Assembly (NCBI GenBank): GCA_942493095.1 | Contig: OW818675.1 | Location: 1,560,001-1,592,000 of the forward strand | Source of the DNA: Candidatus Electronema halotolerans | Lineage (GTDB): Bacteria > Desulfobacterota > Desulfobulbia > Desulfobulbales > Desulfobulbaceae | Direction of reading: 5' to 3' | Length of the DNA stretch: 32,000 bases | Part shown: positions 1 through 9,340 of the stretch, one piece after another | Numbering within the stretch: position 1 is the stretch's first letter | Layout of the letters: every line of letters begins with the position of its first letter | Program-made: the position numbers and the translations under genes | The notes under the pieces: generated by a model | The model's database searches: none | What the model saw: only the letters and a program-made list of their open reading frames with translations | What the model was told of the DNA's origin: nothing

Positions 1-589
1 CAGCAGCGACATGTTTTTCGTTCAGATTTTTAAATTCAAGCGGAATGCTGATGATCTGAAGTTTGTTCTCCTTCTTCCGCAGAAGAATAATGTAATCTCC
101 GGCACTCTGGGTCGGGCCGCCTGCTGCTGCTGCCGCCTCGATAACCGCAGTTTTCGCTTTCAGGACAAACTTGCCTGGACTGTTGACATCACCCAAGACA
201 TAATAACATTGTCCGGCCAAATCCTGCGGCATGACTGTCACCCTTGGATTTTTATAATACAAAGCCAGCTTCTTGGTCAGCGCGGCTTGTAGTTCATCCA
301 CCGTCAAGCCTGCCGCCTGCACAGAACCGATGAGCGGATAATGAATGGCTCCGACAGGATCAACTGTCACCTGTCTGGTCAGAGTGTCCTGCCCCCAGAC
401 TTCGATGTTCAGGGAATCTCCGGCAGCCAGCCGCAGCTCCTTTGGGCCGTCTTGGTCCACAGCCTGCTCCGCCTTTTTGTCAACAGCAGCCGGATAGTCC
501 TTGACTGAAAATTCCACCTCCTTTTCACTGCATCCGCCAGTCAGGAGGGCAAAACAGCAGCAGAGGAGCAGGGCAAGCGCCTTGATCAT
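1..589 (-). CDS. Polysaccharide export protein (Wza / Poly_export + SLBB type), N-terminal part; continues past the window start
   Basis: It is absent from the ORF track because it is open-ended. Hand translation from the ATG at 589 gives MIKALALLLCCCFALLTGGCSEKEV...GDSLNIEVWGQDTLTRQVTVDPVGAIHYPLIGSVQAAGLTVDELQAALTKKLALYYKNPRVTV...YYVLGDVNSPGKF. This shows a signal peptide with a lipoprotein-like Cys and the classic Poly_export motif. An ATGA start/stop overlap at 586-589 links it to the upstream dehydrogenase. Confidence 0.75.
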   Translation of the reverse strand, partial: MIKALALLLCCCFALLTGGCSEKEVEFSVKDYPAAVDKKAEQAVDQDGPKELRLAAGDSLNIEVWGQDTLTRQVTVDPVGAIHYPLIGSVQAAGLTVDELQAALTKKLALYYKNPRVTVMPQDLAGQCYYVLGDVNSPGKFVLKAKTAVIEAAAAAGGPTQSAGDYIILLRKKENKLQIISIPLEFKNLNEKHVAA

Positions 590-1764
590 GATTTGTCGTC
601 CACCTTGATGATGATTTTGCCGTCCTTCCGGGTGGAGGAACGCTGGATGGCGTGGATGGTTTCGGCAAAGGGCAGGCGGGCGGTGATCATTGCTTCAATG
701 GGCAGCCGCCCGGCGGCCAGCAGGCGGATGATGTTCGGGAAGATGCCGCAGCCTGCATGGCCTCGTGCGCCGACAATCCGGTTTGCGCCTGTGACCAAGG
801 TGTCCAAGGTGATCGGCACTGCCCGGCCTGCCCTGCCCAGATAGACAATCACTCCGTTGACCGCCAGCGAGGCTTCCATTTCCGGGATGGTCTGCCACGC
901 CGCGCCTGCCGCCTCCACCTGCACATCCGCGCCTCTGCCCGCAGTCTGCTCCAAGACGATGTCTCTGGGACGGATGCCCGCCGCTGCCACCTCGTTAAAA
1001 TCATATACTTGAGATGCGCCCATTTTGGCGGCAATGGCCAGACGTTCCGGGATAAAGTCAAAGGCCAGCACCTGACTGGCTCCGCTGGCCATTGCCAAGG
1101 CCACAGCCCCCAAGCCTATCGGTCCTGCGCCATAGACCGCGACTGCCGCGCCAGGCAGAAAACCGCCCGCGCTGATGAACAGGCCATTGTAGGCGCAGCC
1201 GACCGGCTCAATCAAGGCACCAATATCAAACAGCAGCTCGTCGCTGTAGTGCCGGGCAAGGCTGTCAATCTTCCAAACCTGCCGACTGCTGACCACGGCA
1301 TAGTCAGCCAAGGCTCCATCCACGGTGATGCCTGCCAATTCCGCCTGACAGCACTGGTTGGGCGCGCCGCTCCGGCAGGGGGTGCAGGTCCCGCACCAGA
1401 CAATGCTTTCCGCTGCCACTATATCGCCGGGCGTGACATTGCTGACACTGCTGCCGACTTGCTCGACAAGGCCGGAATATTCGTGGCCAATGATGCAGGG
1501 CAGCTTGGCCGGGCCGGAAAAGATGATATAGCCGTCCGCATCGGTTTCATAGAGATGGGTGTCAGACCCGCAGATGCCGCAGCGTTTGACCCGAATCAGC
1601 ACCTCGTGGGCCGCAAGGTCGGGAACAGGCCGCACCTCCTGAAAAAAGCGGGAATTCTTCCAAACCTGAGAGCCGGACACTGCCCGCTTCCTGCGTTCTT
1701 CCTCTAAGCTGAGGGGATAGTCCGGGCGCGGCGACCAGTCCGCATCGACAATAAATGCCTTCAT
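586..1764 (-). CDS. Zinc-dependent medium-chain alcohol/polyol dehydrogenase
   Basis: Part of track ORF 586..1779. It carries the GICGSDTHLYE and GHEYSG zinc-ADH motifs and a GAGPIGLG Rossmann motif. I prefer the start at MKAFIV (ATG 1764), which forms an ATGA overlap with the ligase stop at 1761-1763. Confidence 0.85.
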   Translation of the reverse strand: MKAFIVDADWSPRPDYPLSLEEERRKRAVSGSQVWKNSRFFQEVRPVPDLAAHEVLIRVKRCGICGSDTHLYETDADGYIIFSGPAKLPCIIGHEYSGLVEQVGSSVSNVTPGDIVAAESIVWCGTCTPCRSGAPNQCCQAELAGITVDGALADYAVVSSRQVWKIDSLARHYSDELLFDIGALIEPVGCAYNGLFISAGGFLPGAAVAVYGAGPIGLGAVALAMASGASQVLAFDFIPERLAIAAKMGASQVYDFNEVAAAGIRPRDIVLEQTAGRGADVQVEAAGAAWQTIPEMEASLAVNGVIVYLGRAGRAVPITLDTLVTGANRIVGARGHAGCGIFPNIIRLLAAGRLPIEAMITARLPFAETIHAIQRSSTRKDGKIIIKVDDKS

Positions 1765-3284
1765 AACGTTTGCCAGCACTCCAATGGCAGAGCCTTTTTG
1801 TTGATCTTGCCGCCCCCGGTTTTCGGCAGGGCAGCAAGCAGGGTGAAACGTCGCGGCACCATATAGGAGGCAAGACGATTCCGGCAGAACATGGTCAGCT
1901 CATCCGCCGCAAGCTGCGCCCCTGCTTTGGGCACAACAAAGGCCTGCGGCACTGAACCGTGCCGCCGTTCATTCATGCCGATCACTGCCGCCTCGTGGAT
2001 GCCGGGATGTCGGAGCAGCACCTGCTCTATTTGCAGCGGATAGACTTTCAGACCCGCCACCTTGATCATACCACTTTTCCGCTCGGCAAAATGATAAAAA
2101 CCACCGCTGTCCTGCCACGCCAGATCACCGCTGCAATACCAGCCTGCCTGGGCCGGGAAAGGCATTTCACCCCAGTATGCGCTGACCACTGCCGGACCAG
2201 ATAAAAGCAGCTCGCCGATTTCACCGTGCCGCACCTCGCGGCCCTGCTCATCAACCAATTTGACTTGATAATGCGGACAAGGCTTGCCCATCCCTCCGTC
2301 AGCCCGGCGGCAGCCAAGCGCATTGGCCAAGGCAATGCCGGTGGTTTCCGTGCTGCCCCAGACCGGCAGCAGCGGCACCTGAAAGGCGGCAAGAAAATTC
2401 TCCTGCAAGGCGGGCGGAGTGAACATGCCGCCGCTCTCAGCTATCCGCAGGCTCGGCAGCGGCGTGTCCGCGCAGTGCTCGGCCAGCATCTTGTACATCA
2501 CTGCCAACCCCATCACGCAGGTGACGTGATATTGCTTGATGGCCCGGACTATGGCTTTTGGATTGATCTCCGGCAGCAGGACCAGCGAGCCGCCGGTATA
2601 AAGTGCTCGGCTGAACAGCTCATGCGGATGGGCAAAGGCAGCAAAGATGCAGAGATGGACATCCGCTTCAGTCAGCGCAAATGCCTCTATCGCCGAGCGG
2701 GTATTCCAATAGATGTTGGCATGAGTGCAGACCGCACCCTTGGGCTGCCCGGACGAGCCGGAGGTGAAGTTCAGATAAGCGGTTTCTTCCGGGCTGATCT
2801 GCGGCAGCTCAGGCAGAGGACTGTGCTGGAGACAATCGCTCCAGTTGACAAACGAGGAGCGATGCTCTTCCGTTGCCCTGCCCACCGAAATAACCACTGC
2901 GCCGCATTCCCTAAGAAAATCCTGCACCTCGCTGCTGATCACGCTTGCATCAACAACAATGACTGCCGGGGCCAGCAGGGCAAGCGTGGTTTTGATGCTT
3001 TCCGGGCTGTCCAAATAGTTGACCGGCACTGGCAGACAGCGGGCTAAATTGGCGGCAAAAAATGAAAGCACCAATTCCGGCCTGCGCGGCAGCAGGAGGC
3101 AGACTCGCGCTCCAGCCTGCACGCCGTTCCCGGCCAGAAAACCTGCCAAGCGCAGGGCTGTGCGCTGGCTCTCCGCAAAAGAGAAACTGCCGTGGGCCGA
3201 ATAAATAAAGGTTTTTTCCGGCTGCACCCCCGCCTGATGGGACAGAGTGCCGGTCACAGTCTGCACCTGCGACGAAAAGGACAT
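1761..3284 (-). CDS. AMP-dependent acyl-CoA synthetase/ligase (ANL superfamily)
   Basis: 507-aa ORF with the AMP-binding signature FTSGSSGQPKG, the later GWYCSGDL motif and a PKTGGGKINKK C-terminal lysine motif. Confidence 0.85.
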   Translation of the reverse strand: MSFSSQVQTVTGTLSHQAGVQPEKTFIYSAHGSFSFAESQRTALRLAGFLAGNGVQAGARVCLLLPRRPELVLSFFAANLARCLPVPVNYLDSPESIKTTLALLAPAVIVVDASVISSEVQDFLRECGAVVISVGRATEEHRSSFVNWSDCLQHSPLPELPQISPEETAYLNFTSGSSGQPKGAVCTHANIYWNTRSAIEAFALTEADVHLCIFAAFAHPHELFSRALYTGGSLVLLPEINPKAIVRAIKQYHVTCVMGLAVMYKMLAEHCADTPLPSLRIAESGGMFTPPALQENFLAAFQVPLLPVWGSTETTGIALANALGCRRADGGMGKPCPHYQVKLVDEQGREVRHGEIGELLLSGPAVVSAYWGEMPFPAQAGWYCSGDLAWQDSGGFYHFAERKSGMIKVAGLKVYPLQIEQVLLRHPGIHEAAVIGMNERRHGSVPQAFVVPKAGAQLAADELTMFCRNRLASYMVPRRFTLLAALPKTGGGKINKKALPLECWQTL

Positions 3285-3360
3285 CGGTTCAGGGAAAAAT
3301 AAAGCGAATCAGGACAGCAGCGTTACAGAGAAAAGGAGAGCTGGATGCAGAGGGGTTCGA

Positions 3361-3395
3361 TTCGCTGCCAGAGGCCGGGATGCTCCGGCAGCGAA
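3361..3395 (-). other. Stable stem-loop between tatA and the ligase gene
   Basis: TTCGCTGCC (3361-3369) pairs with GGCAGCGAA (3387-3395), a 9-bp perfect stem with extra inner pairs. No U-tract follows on the minus strand, so it is more likely a processing or stability element than a terminator. Confidence 0.3.
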
Positions 3396-3400
3396 GCACG

Positions 3401-3655
3401 TTACTTTGTCAGCACCCTGCCAATATCTTTGGCCTTGTCGATCTTGTCCTGCACTGCGGCAACCTCGCGCACACCGGGCAGTTTTTTGGTCATGCCCTCC
3501 AAGCCGACCGCGTCTTCAACCTCATTCAGCCCATCTTTGAATGAACGAATGGCCTTGCCCAGACCTGCCCCGACCTCCGGCAGCTTCTTACCGCCAAAGA
3601 GAAGAAAGGCAATAGCCATGATGGCAATCAGTTCAGGGGTTCCAAGTCCAAACAT
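3401..3655 (-). CDS. tatA: Twin-arginine translocase TatA/E family protein
   Basis: MFGLGTPELIAIMAIAFLLFGGKKLPEVGAGLGKAIRSFKDG is the canonical TatA TM helix plus amphipathic helix. An AAGGAG Shine-Dalgarno sequence lies 9 nt upstream. Confidence 0.85.
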   Translation of the reverse strand: MFGLGTPELIAIMAIAFLLFGGKKLPEVGAGLGKAIRSFKDGLNEVEDAVGLEGMTKKLPGVREVAAVQDKIDKAKDIGRVLTK

Positions 3656-3658
3656 GCT

Positions 3659-3844
3659 TCATATCTCCTTGCTGTCCTTTTCGTCAATTGCTTTGGCATC
3701 GTCGTCCGGCTTTTTGACGCTGTCCTTGAAGTTTCTAATTCCTTTGCCAATCCCTGAGCCGATCTCCGGCAGCCTGCCGGCTCCGAAAATGATCACAGTA
3801 ATGATCAGAATGACAAGCAGTTCAGGCATTCCAAGACCAAACAT
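3659..3844 (-). CDS. tatA: Twin-arginine translocase TatA/E family protein, second tandem paralog
   Basis: Track ORF 3659..3892 trimmed to the internal [47 protein letters not shown] sequence lies 7 nt upstream of the ATG at 3844. Confidence 0.8.
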   Translation of the reverse strand: MFGLGMPELLVILIITVIIFGAGRLPEIGSGIGKGIRNFKDSVKKPDDDAKAIDEKDSKEI

Positions 3845-3951
3845 AACTGCACCTCCAGATTGAATTTTCAGACAAAGGCATCGACCGGACATCCTTCAAT
3901 GTAGCATTGCGCACTGACTGCTGTCAACAAGGATTCCTTGTCTTCTCAGAG

Positions 3952-4935
3952 TTAGGCTGCTGACTTGGGAAATGGCTTTTCAGCACGAACGCTGGAAGAA
4001 GACGGCGCAGGCCGTTTGCCACTTTGCTGCTGGATGGCGGACATGGCCGTGGCGATCATGCCTGCCACATCAGTCAGATTGCCGGGCAGAATCATGGTGT
4101 TGTTTTCTTTGGCCAGCTTGCCGAATTCATCCAGATATTTTTTGGCCACATCCAAGCGGGCCGCCTCGATGCCGCCAGGCACGGCCAGCGACTCAGCAAC
4201 TTTGCGAATGCCCTCAGCCGTGGCGCTGGCAACCTTGAGAATTTCCTGCGCCCGGCCTTCAGCCTCGTTGATCCGCTTCATCTTCTCACCTTCAGACTTG
4301 GCGATAGCCTCCTGCCGGTCACCCTCAGCCCGGTTGATCACGGCCTGCCGGTCGCCTTCAGAACGGGCGATTTCAGCCCGCTTCTCGCGTTCAGCCCGCA
4401 TCTGTTTTTCCATGGCTTCCAAAATTGAGGGATTTGGCTTTATATCCTTGATTTCGTAGCGAAACAACTTGATGCCCCAGTTCTGCGCCGCCTCGTCCAG
4501 CGCCTCGACCACCTGCTGATTGAGAGTTTCTCTGGATTCAAAGGTCTTGTCCAAGGGCATTTTGCCAATCGCGGAACGGAGCGAAGTCTGGGCCAACTGC
4601 GAGGCAGCTCCGTAATAGTTCTCAACCCCATAGACTGCCTGTCTGGAGTTGACCACTTGGATATACATGACACCATCCACGGCAAGACTGACATTGTCGG
4701 CAGTGATGCAGGTCTGGCTGTCAATGTCAACAGCCCGTTCCTTGAGATTGGTCTTATAGGCGACCTTATCCAAAAAAGGAACCAGAATATGAAAGCCCGC
4801 CTCCAGCGTGGTGCGGTATTTACCGAGCCTTTCGACAATATACTCCTGCCGCTGCGGCACAACAATCGCTGTTTTCAGCAGGACAATGACAATAAAGATG
4901 ATCAGCGCAATGATGCCGAACAGAAAGCCGCTCAT
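3952..4935 (-). CDS. SPFH/band-7 (stomatin/QmcA-like) membrane protein
   Basis: N-terminal TM helix, then an SPFH core (VVPQRQEYIVERLGKY..., TADNVSLAVDGVMYIQV) and a coiled-coil tail rich in E/R/A. ATGA overlap with nfeD at 4932-4935. Confidence 0.9.
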   Translation of the reverse strand: MSGFLFGIIALIIFIVIVLLKTAIVVPQRQEYIVERLGKYRTTLEAGFHILVPFLDKVAYKTNLKERAVDIDSQTCITADNVSLAVDGVMYIQVVNSRQAVYGVENYYGAASQLAQTSLRSAIGKMPLDKTFESRETLNQQVVEALDEAAQNWGIKLFRYEIKDIKPNPSILEAMEKQMRAEREKRAEIARSEGDRQAVINRAEGDRQEAIAKSEGEKMKRINEAEGRAQEILKVASATAEGIRKVAESLAVPGGIEAARLDVAKKYLDEFGKLAKENNTMILPGNLTDVAGMIATAMSAIQQQSGKRPAPSSSSVRAEKPFPKSAA

Positions 4936-5408
4936 TTCCCTTCCTCCTTGTCCGCATCCAGCCTGCGGACTTTGATAATAAGGTCTTTCCGCTCCACCAC
5001 CGCCACTACAGCGCCTGCGGGGATCGGCTCATCCGCAACAGACAGCCATGAGGAGCCGCCGTATTTGACCCGGCCCCTTGCCGGAGGCGAGATGGCTTCG
5101 GTCACCACGCCGGTGGCCGGAGCAGAATCAACATTTACTGAATCGCTATTCTCAGTTTCTTTGCCGAAAAAAATCGAGCGGAGCCATGATCTGAGCAGGA
5201 ACAAGCTGATCAGAGAACTGACTAAAAAAACTGACAGCTGGGTGTTTAAAGACAAGCCGGCCATTGCCAGCACCGCCGCCACGCACCATGCGCCGATGCC
5301 AAAGAAAAACATGATGAAGCCGGGCAGAATCAGCTCGGCAACAAAGAAGCCGATGCCCAGCAGGAACCAGATCAGCACCGGCGAAAGCAGGGAGTAAATA
5401 TCTGTCAT
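4932..5408 (-). CDS. NfeD family membrane protein (stomatin operon partner)
   Basis: Multi-TM N-terminus plus a C-terminal OB-like motif (GRVKYGGSSWLSVADEPIPAGAVVAVV). It sits immediately upstream of the SPFH gene, and AAGGAG precedes the ATG. Confidence 0.85.
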   Translation of the reverse strand: MTDIYSLLSPVLIWFLLGIGFFVAELILPGFIMFFFGIGAWCVAAVLAMAGLSLNTQLSVFLVSSLISLFLLRSWLRSIFFGKETENSDSVNVDSAPATGVVTEAISPPARGRVKYGGSSWLSVADEPIPAGAVVAVVERKDLIIKVRRLDADKEEGK

Positions 5409-5493
5409 TTTCGCTCCTTGGCAAAAGTCAGAACAGATGCGGCGCGTTGCTTGAGGGCATTATACTCTGTTCCGGCCCGAAGAAAAAGCCTGA

Positions 5494-6708
5494 TCAGACA
5501 AAAATCACCTTGCAGAAACGCCGCTTGCCCACTTTGAGGAGCAGCTCGCCGGAAGTTGGCATCAGCGTGTTGACATCTGTCGCCTTTTCGCTGTCAACTG
5601 TGACCGCGTTCTGCTGGATCATCCGGCGGCCTTCAGAAACAGAAGCCACCAGCCCGGCATCCAAGAGCAGGCGCGGCAGGGGAATGCCTTCGTCCTGTTT
5701 TGCCAGTATTTTTTCTGGAATCTCGTCAGGCAGCTCGTGCTTTTTGAAGACCTGCTCAAAATGCTGCTCTGCTGCGTCTGCTGCCGCCTGATCGTGGAAA
5801 CGGGCCACTAATTCCTTGGCCAGCCGCACCTTGACTGCCTTGGGATGGGCTTTGCCTTGGGCCACGTCCTCTTTCAGCCTGCTGATTTCAGCCAAAGACA
5901 AATCACTGAGCAGCTCATAATAGCGGAACATCAGCTCATCACTGATGGACAGCGTCTTGCCGAAAATCTCATTGGGCGGCTCGCAGATGCCGATGTAATT
6001 GCCCAGTGATTTGCTCATCTTGTTGACCCCGTCCAAGCCTTCCAGCAGGGGCGTGGTCAGGACAACTTGGGGCTGCATTCCTCTGGAACGCTGCATCTCC
6101 CGGCCCATGAGCAGGTTGAAAAGCTGGTCTGTGCCGCCCAGCTCCACGTCCGCCTCTAAAGCAACCGAGTCATATCCCTGAAACAACGGATAGAAAAATT
6201 CGTGAATGGAAATAGGCTGGTTAGAGCTGAAACGTTTTTTAAAATCGTCCCGCTCCAGCATCCGGGCCACAGTCAGCTCTGAGGCCAGTTTGATCATGTC
6301 ATGGGCTGAGAGCTGGCCCAGCCAGTCCGCGTTGAAGACCACCTCGGTTTTCTCCGGGTCCAGCAGCTTGAAGACTTGGCTTTTGTAGGTCTCGGCGTTG
6401 CAGAGCACCTCTTCCCGGCTCAGGGCTGGCCGGGTTTCTGACTTGCCGGTCGGATCGCCGATCATGGCCGTGAAGTCGCCGATCAGAAAGCAGACCTGAT
6501 GGCCGAGATGCTGGAACTGGCGCAGCTTCTGGAGCAGCACGGTGTGGCCGAGATGCAAATCAGGGGCAGTCGGATCAAAACCGACCTTGACCCGGAGCGG
6601 TTTGCCGCTTTGCCAGGCAGATTCAAGTTTCTTGGTCAGCTCCTCTTTGGAGACCAGCCCTTCGCAGCCCCGCTCTATCAGGGCAAGCTGTTCCTCAACC
6701 GTTGGCAT
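5494..6708 (-). CDS. tyrS: Tyrosine--tRNA ligase
   Basis: HLGH motif (APDLHLGH), KMSKS motif and a C-terminal S4-like domain. I prefer the start at MPTVEEQL (ATG 6708). The longer track ORF (to 6747) would overlap the 3' end of rny. Confidence 0.92.
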   Translation of the reverse strand: MPTVEEQLALIERGCEGLVSKEELTKKLESAWQSGKPLRVKVGFDPTAPDLHLGHTVLLQKLRQFQHLGHQVCFLIGDFTAMIGDPTGKSETRPALSREEVLCNAETYKSQVFKLLDPEKTEVVFNADWLGQLSAHDMIKLASELTVARMLERDDFKKRFSSNQPISIHEFFYPLFQGYDSVALEADVELGGTDQLFNLLMGREMQRSRGMQPQVVLTTPLLEGLDGVNKMSKSLGNYIGICEPPNEIFGKTLSISDELMFRYYELLSDLSLAEISRLKEDVAQGKAHPKAVKVRLAKELVARFHDQAAADAAEQHFEQVFKKHELPDEIPEKILAKQDEGIPLPRLLLDAGLVASVSEGRRMIQQNAVTVDSEKATDVNTLMPTSGELLLKVGKRRFCKVIFV

Positions 6709-6715
6709 TGTCGTC

Positions 6716-8281
6716 TTATTTTGCATATTCCACTGCTCTGGTCTCACGAATCACCGTAACCCGTATCTGGCCGGGATAGGTGAGCTTTTCCTCAATGGCC
6801 TTGGCAATGTCGCGGCTCATCAGGGTTGCCTCGTCATCCTTCACCTTATGACTGTCCACAACGATCCGCAAGTCACGGCCTGCCTGCACTGCATACGATT
6901 TATCCACGCCCGGAAAGGCATTGGCAATATTCTCCAAGTCCTCCAGCCGCTTGACATAGCTTTGCAGCATTTCCTTGCGCGCTCCAGGCCGGGCACCGGA
7001 AAGCGCGTCCGCCGCCTGCACAAGAATGTCCAGCACCCCCTGCGGCGGCACTTCCTCGTGATGCGCGCCAATGGCATAGACAATATCGTCGCGCTCGCCG
7101 TATTTTTTCGCCAGATCGCGGCCAATGGCGGCATGAGAGCCTTCCACCTCGTGATCAACCGCCTTGCCGATGTCATGAAGCAGGCCAGCCCGCTTGGCCT
7201 TTTTCACATCCATGCCCAGCTCGGCAGCCATTATGCCGCAGAGAAAGGCCACTTCCAAGGAGTGCTGAAGGATGTTCTGGCCATAGCTGGACCGGTATTT
7301 CAACCGTCCGATCAAATTGACCAAATCAACATGGATGCCATGCACACCCACATCAAAGGTGGCTTTTTCGCCTGCCTCCTTGATCTCCACATCCAAGTCG
7401 TTGGTGACTTTGGCCACCACCTCCTCAATCCGGGCTGGATGAATTCTGCCGTCAGAAATGAGTTGAAGGAGCGACTGCCGGGCCACCTCGCGCCGGATCG
7501 GGTTGAAGCCGGAGAGGATCACCGCTTCCGGGGTGTCGTCAATAATGATGTCAATGCCGGTGGCCGCCTCAATGGCCCGGATGTTGCGGCCTTCCCTGCC
7601 AATGATCCGGCCCTTCATCTCGTCATTGGGCAGCGGCACCATGGACACCGTCCTGTCCGCCACATAATCCCCAGCATAGCGGGCAACAGCCAAGGCAAGG
7701 ATGTTTTTTCCTTTGCGGTCCGCCTCCAGCTTTAGCTCGCTCTCTATTTTGGTCAGCCGCTTGGCCGCGTCCATGCGGGCCTCGCTTTCCATAGAGTCCA
7801 TGAGCAGCTTTTTGGCCTCATCGCAGCTGATGCCGGATAGCTGCTCCAATTTGCGCCGCTGCTCAACGATAAGGGACTCAGCCTGCTGCTCCCGCTGGGC
7901 CGCGTTCTGCTCCCGCACTGTCAATTTCTTCTCTGCAGTGGCCAGTGCTGTTTCCTTATCCTTCAGCTCATTCAGTTCCTCATGAACCTTGTCTAATTTT
8001 CGCTCCAGCCGCCGCTGCTCGTTGTCAATTTCCTTCCGGGAAGCCTTGATCTCCAGCTCGGCTTCTTTTTTGGCCTGATATATCTCCTCCTTCATCTGGA
8101 GAAGATTCTCCTTTTTGATCTGCTCGGCCTCGTGAATGGCGTTTTCAATAATCAGCCGCCGCTGATTTTCGATATCAGCCTGCTCCCCCTCAACCAGCTT
8201 TTTTCGGAGAAAAAAACCGGCGGCTGCGCCCGCAGCCAAGGCCAAGCAGAACAGAAGCACTGTTATTCCACTCAGTAACAT
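6716..8281 (-). CDS. rny: Ribonuclease Y
   Basis: N-terminal TM helix, long coiled coil, KH domain ([15 protein letters not shown]) and HD domain ([12 protein letters not shown]). Confidence 0.95.
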   Translation of the reverse strand: MLLSGITVLLFCLALAAGAAAGFFLRKKLVEGEQADIENQRRLIIENAIHEAEQIKKENLLQMKEEIYQAKKEAELEIKASRKEIDNEQRRLERKLDKVHEELNELKDKETALATAEKKLTVREQNAAQREQQAESLIVEQRRKLEQLSGISCDEAKKLLMDSMESEARMDAAKRLTKIESELKLEADRKGKNILALAVARYAGDYVADRTVSMVPLPNDEMKGRIIGREGRNIRAIEAATGIDIIIDDTPEAVILSGFNPIRREVARQSLLQLISDGRIHPARIEEVVAKVTNDLDVEIKEAGEKATFDVGVHGIHVDLVNLIGRLKYRSSYGQNILQHSLEVAFLCGIMAAELGMDVKKAKRAGLLHDIGKAVDHEVEGSHAAIGRDLAKKYGERDDIVYAIGAHHEEVPPQGVLDILVQAADALSGARPGARKEMLQSYVKRLEDLENIANAFPGVDKSYAVQAGRDLRIVVDSHKVKDDEATLMSRDIAKAIEEKLTYPGQIRVTVIRETRAVEYAK

Positions 8282-8619
8282 AATTGCATACCTGTATTAT
8301 TGACAGCAGTTTCCTCCTTGTCAGGGGAGAAGAACTGCGGAATAGGAAAATCGCTGACAACAGCACCTTGCGGTCAAAGGCAAGGCAGGGGAGGAGGGAA
8401 AAGGCTCTTCAGCGCGATGAAGCAGAGACAGACTCCGGCAGCAGGCTGCGCCGCCGCATTCCGCGCCGCAGCTGGGGGGAAGGGGGTTGCATGATATATG
8501 ACGAACCTGATTTTGTCAGAGTTGTTCTGCGCCAAACGGCCTTGCGTCCGCCAATTCTCTCAGCTCTGTCTCCTGCTGCGCCGCTCTGAAGCAGCAGGTC
8601 CGATGACGGCCAAGATTAT

Positions 8620-8810
8620 AAAAAAACCCGCGCTGCCGTGTCAACAGAATGATTAAACCTATAGTAAAATAGGTGGGCGCGCCATGCTGGCATCGGGAAA
8701 TCCGCAAGGTTTTCCGTCAGACCAGCAGATAGGAGCTGCCCTATCAATGAGAGTTGGCTCAATACTCCGTTGATCACCAACAGCGCAGGAAAGGCTGCTG
8801 TCTCTTTCTT
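8620..8810 (-). ncRNA. ssrS: Candidate 6S RNA (about 190 nt); ends approximate
   Basis: It lies in a 650-nt non-coding gap downstream of the zapB-like gene. Hand folding gives a closing stem 8781-8789/8627-8635 (9 bp, one G-U) followed directly by a U7 run. Further helices are 8769-8773/8641-8645 and 8722-8727/8685-8690, with an apical hairpin at 8696-8715. A large asymmetric central bubble lies between them. A possible TTGTCT-N18-TATTTT promoter lies just upstream. Confidence 0.35.
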
Positions 8811-8938
8811 CCTGTTTTATAAAATAAAAACGCAAAAAAAGCAAAGACAATTTTTTCGTTTTCCGATCTCAGGACAGCGGCGGAGAGGGCGACGGGCCAT
8901 GAAATCAGCTAATTGCCCGGCAAAATTTTTTCCTCAGC

Positions 8939-9226
8939 TCAGTCCTTCTTGTCCGGCTCCCCCTTGCCGAGCTTGGGACCGGCAGGCTTGGGCGCAAGCT
9001 CTGTTTCCCAGTCCTCAATCCGGCCCAGCAGACCGGAAACCCGGTTGGACACTTCTGACCGCTGCTTGTGCAGCTCATCAATTTCCAGCTTGAGCAGCTC
9101 GCACTCCTCCTCCCGGTCGCGGAGCTTTTTCTCAAAAGCCTGAAGCTTGCTCTTCTGCTCCCTGAAACGGCTGATCAGGGTTTCGACAAGCTGTTCAAGA
9201 CGGACTATTTCCTCATTGTTCTGCAT
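8939..9226 (-). CDS. zapB: ZapB-like coiled-coil cell-division protein
   Basis: 95 aa, entirely heptad coiled coil, with LLGRIEDW resembling the LLGRMEEV end of E. coli ZapB. AGGAGG Shine-Dalgarno sequence upstream. Confidence 0.5.
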   Translation of the reverse strand: MQNNEEIVRLEQLVETLISRFREQKSKLQAFEKKLRDREEECELLKLEIDELHKQRSEVSNRVSGLLGRIEDWETELAPKPAGPKLGKGEPDKKD

Positions 9227-9340
9227 GACGCGCTCCTCCTTGCAAGGCTCTGCGAGACAATTCGTGCTGCACGTTCAGACTGCGGAACAGAAAGTACTTA
9301 CCAGTTTTGGCCCTTGGCGGCAATCTAAAAATTCCAGCGG

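Noticed and set aside
11-292. 93-aa plus-strand ORF at the window start
   Set aside because: It is antisense to the Wza-like coding sequence, which has clear family motifs. It has no ribosome-binding site and no recognisable motif.
652-1707. 351-aa plus-strand ORF, together with similar long antisense ORFs: 2226..3047 +, 6542..7735 +, 10010..10633 -, 11597..12262 -, 12305..13012 -, 15388..16209 -, 16339..17160 -, 18154..18756 -, 19504..20559 -, 21974..22636 -, 23479..24345 -, 25854..26510 -, 29109..29684 +
   Set aside because: Each lies fully inside a confidently recognised gene on the opposite strand. Each has Arg/Ala/Gly/Pro-rich, motif-free translations typical of shadow ORFs in GC-rich DNA.
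6709-6747. T-box or leader region, or a longer N-terminus, for tyrS
   Set aside because: tyrS starts 7 nt after the rny stop, leaving no room for a T-box. The extra 13 codons of the track ORF overlap rny and are absent from typical TyrRS N-termini.
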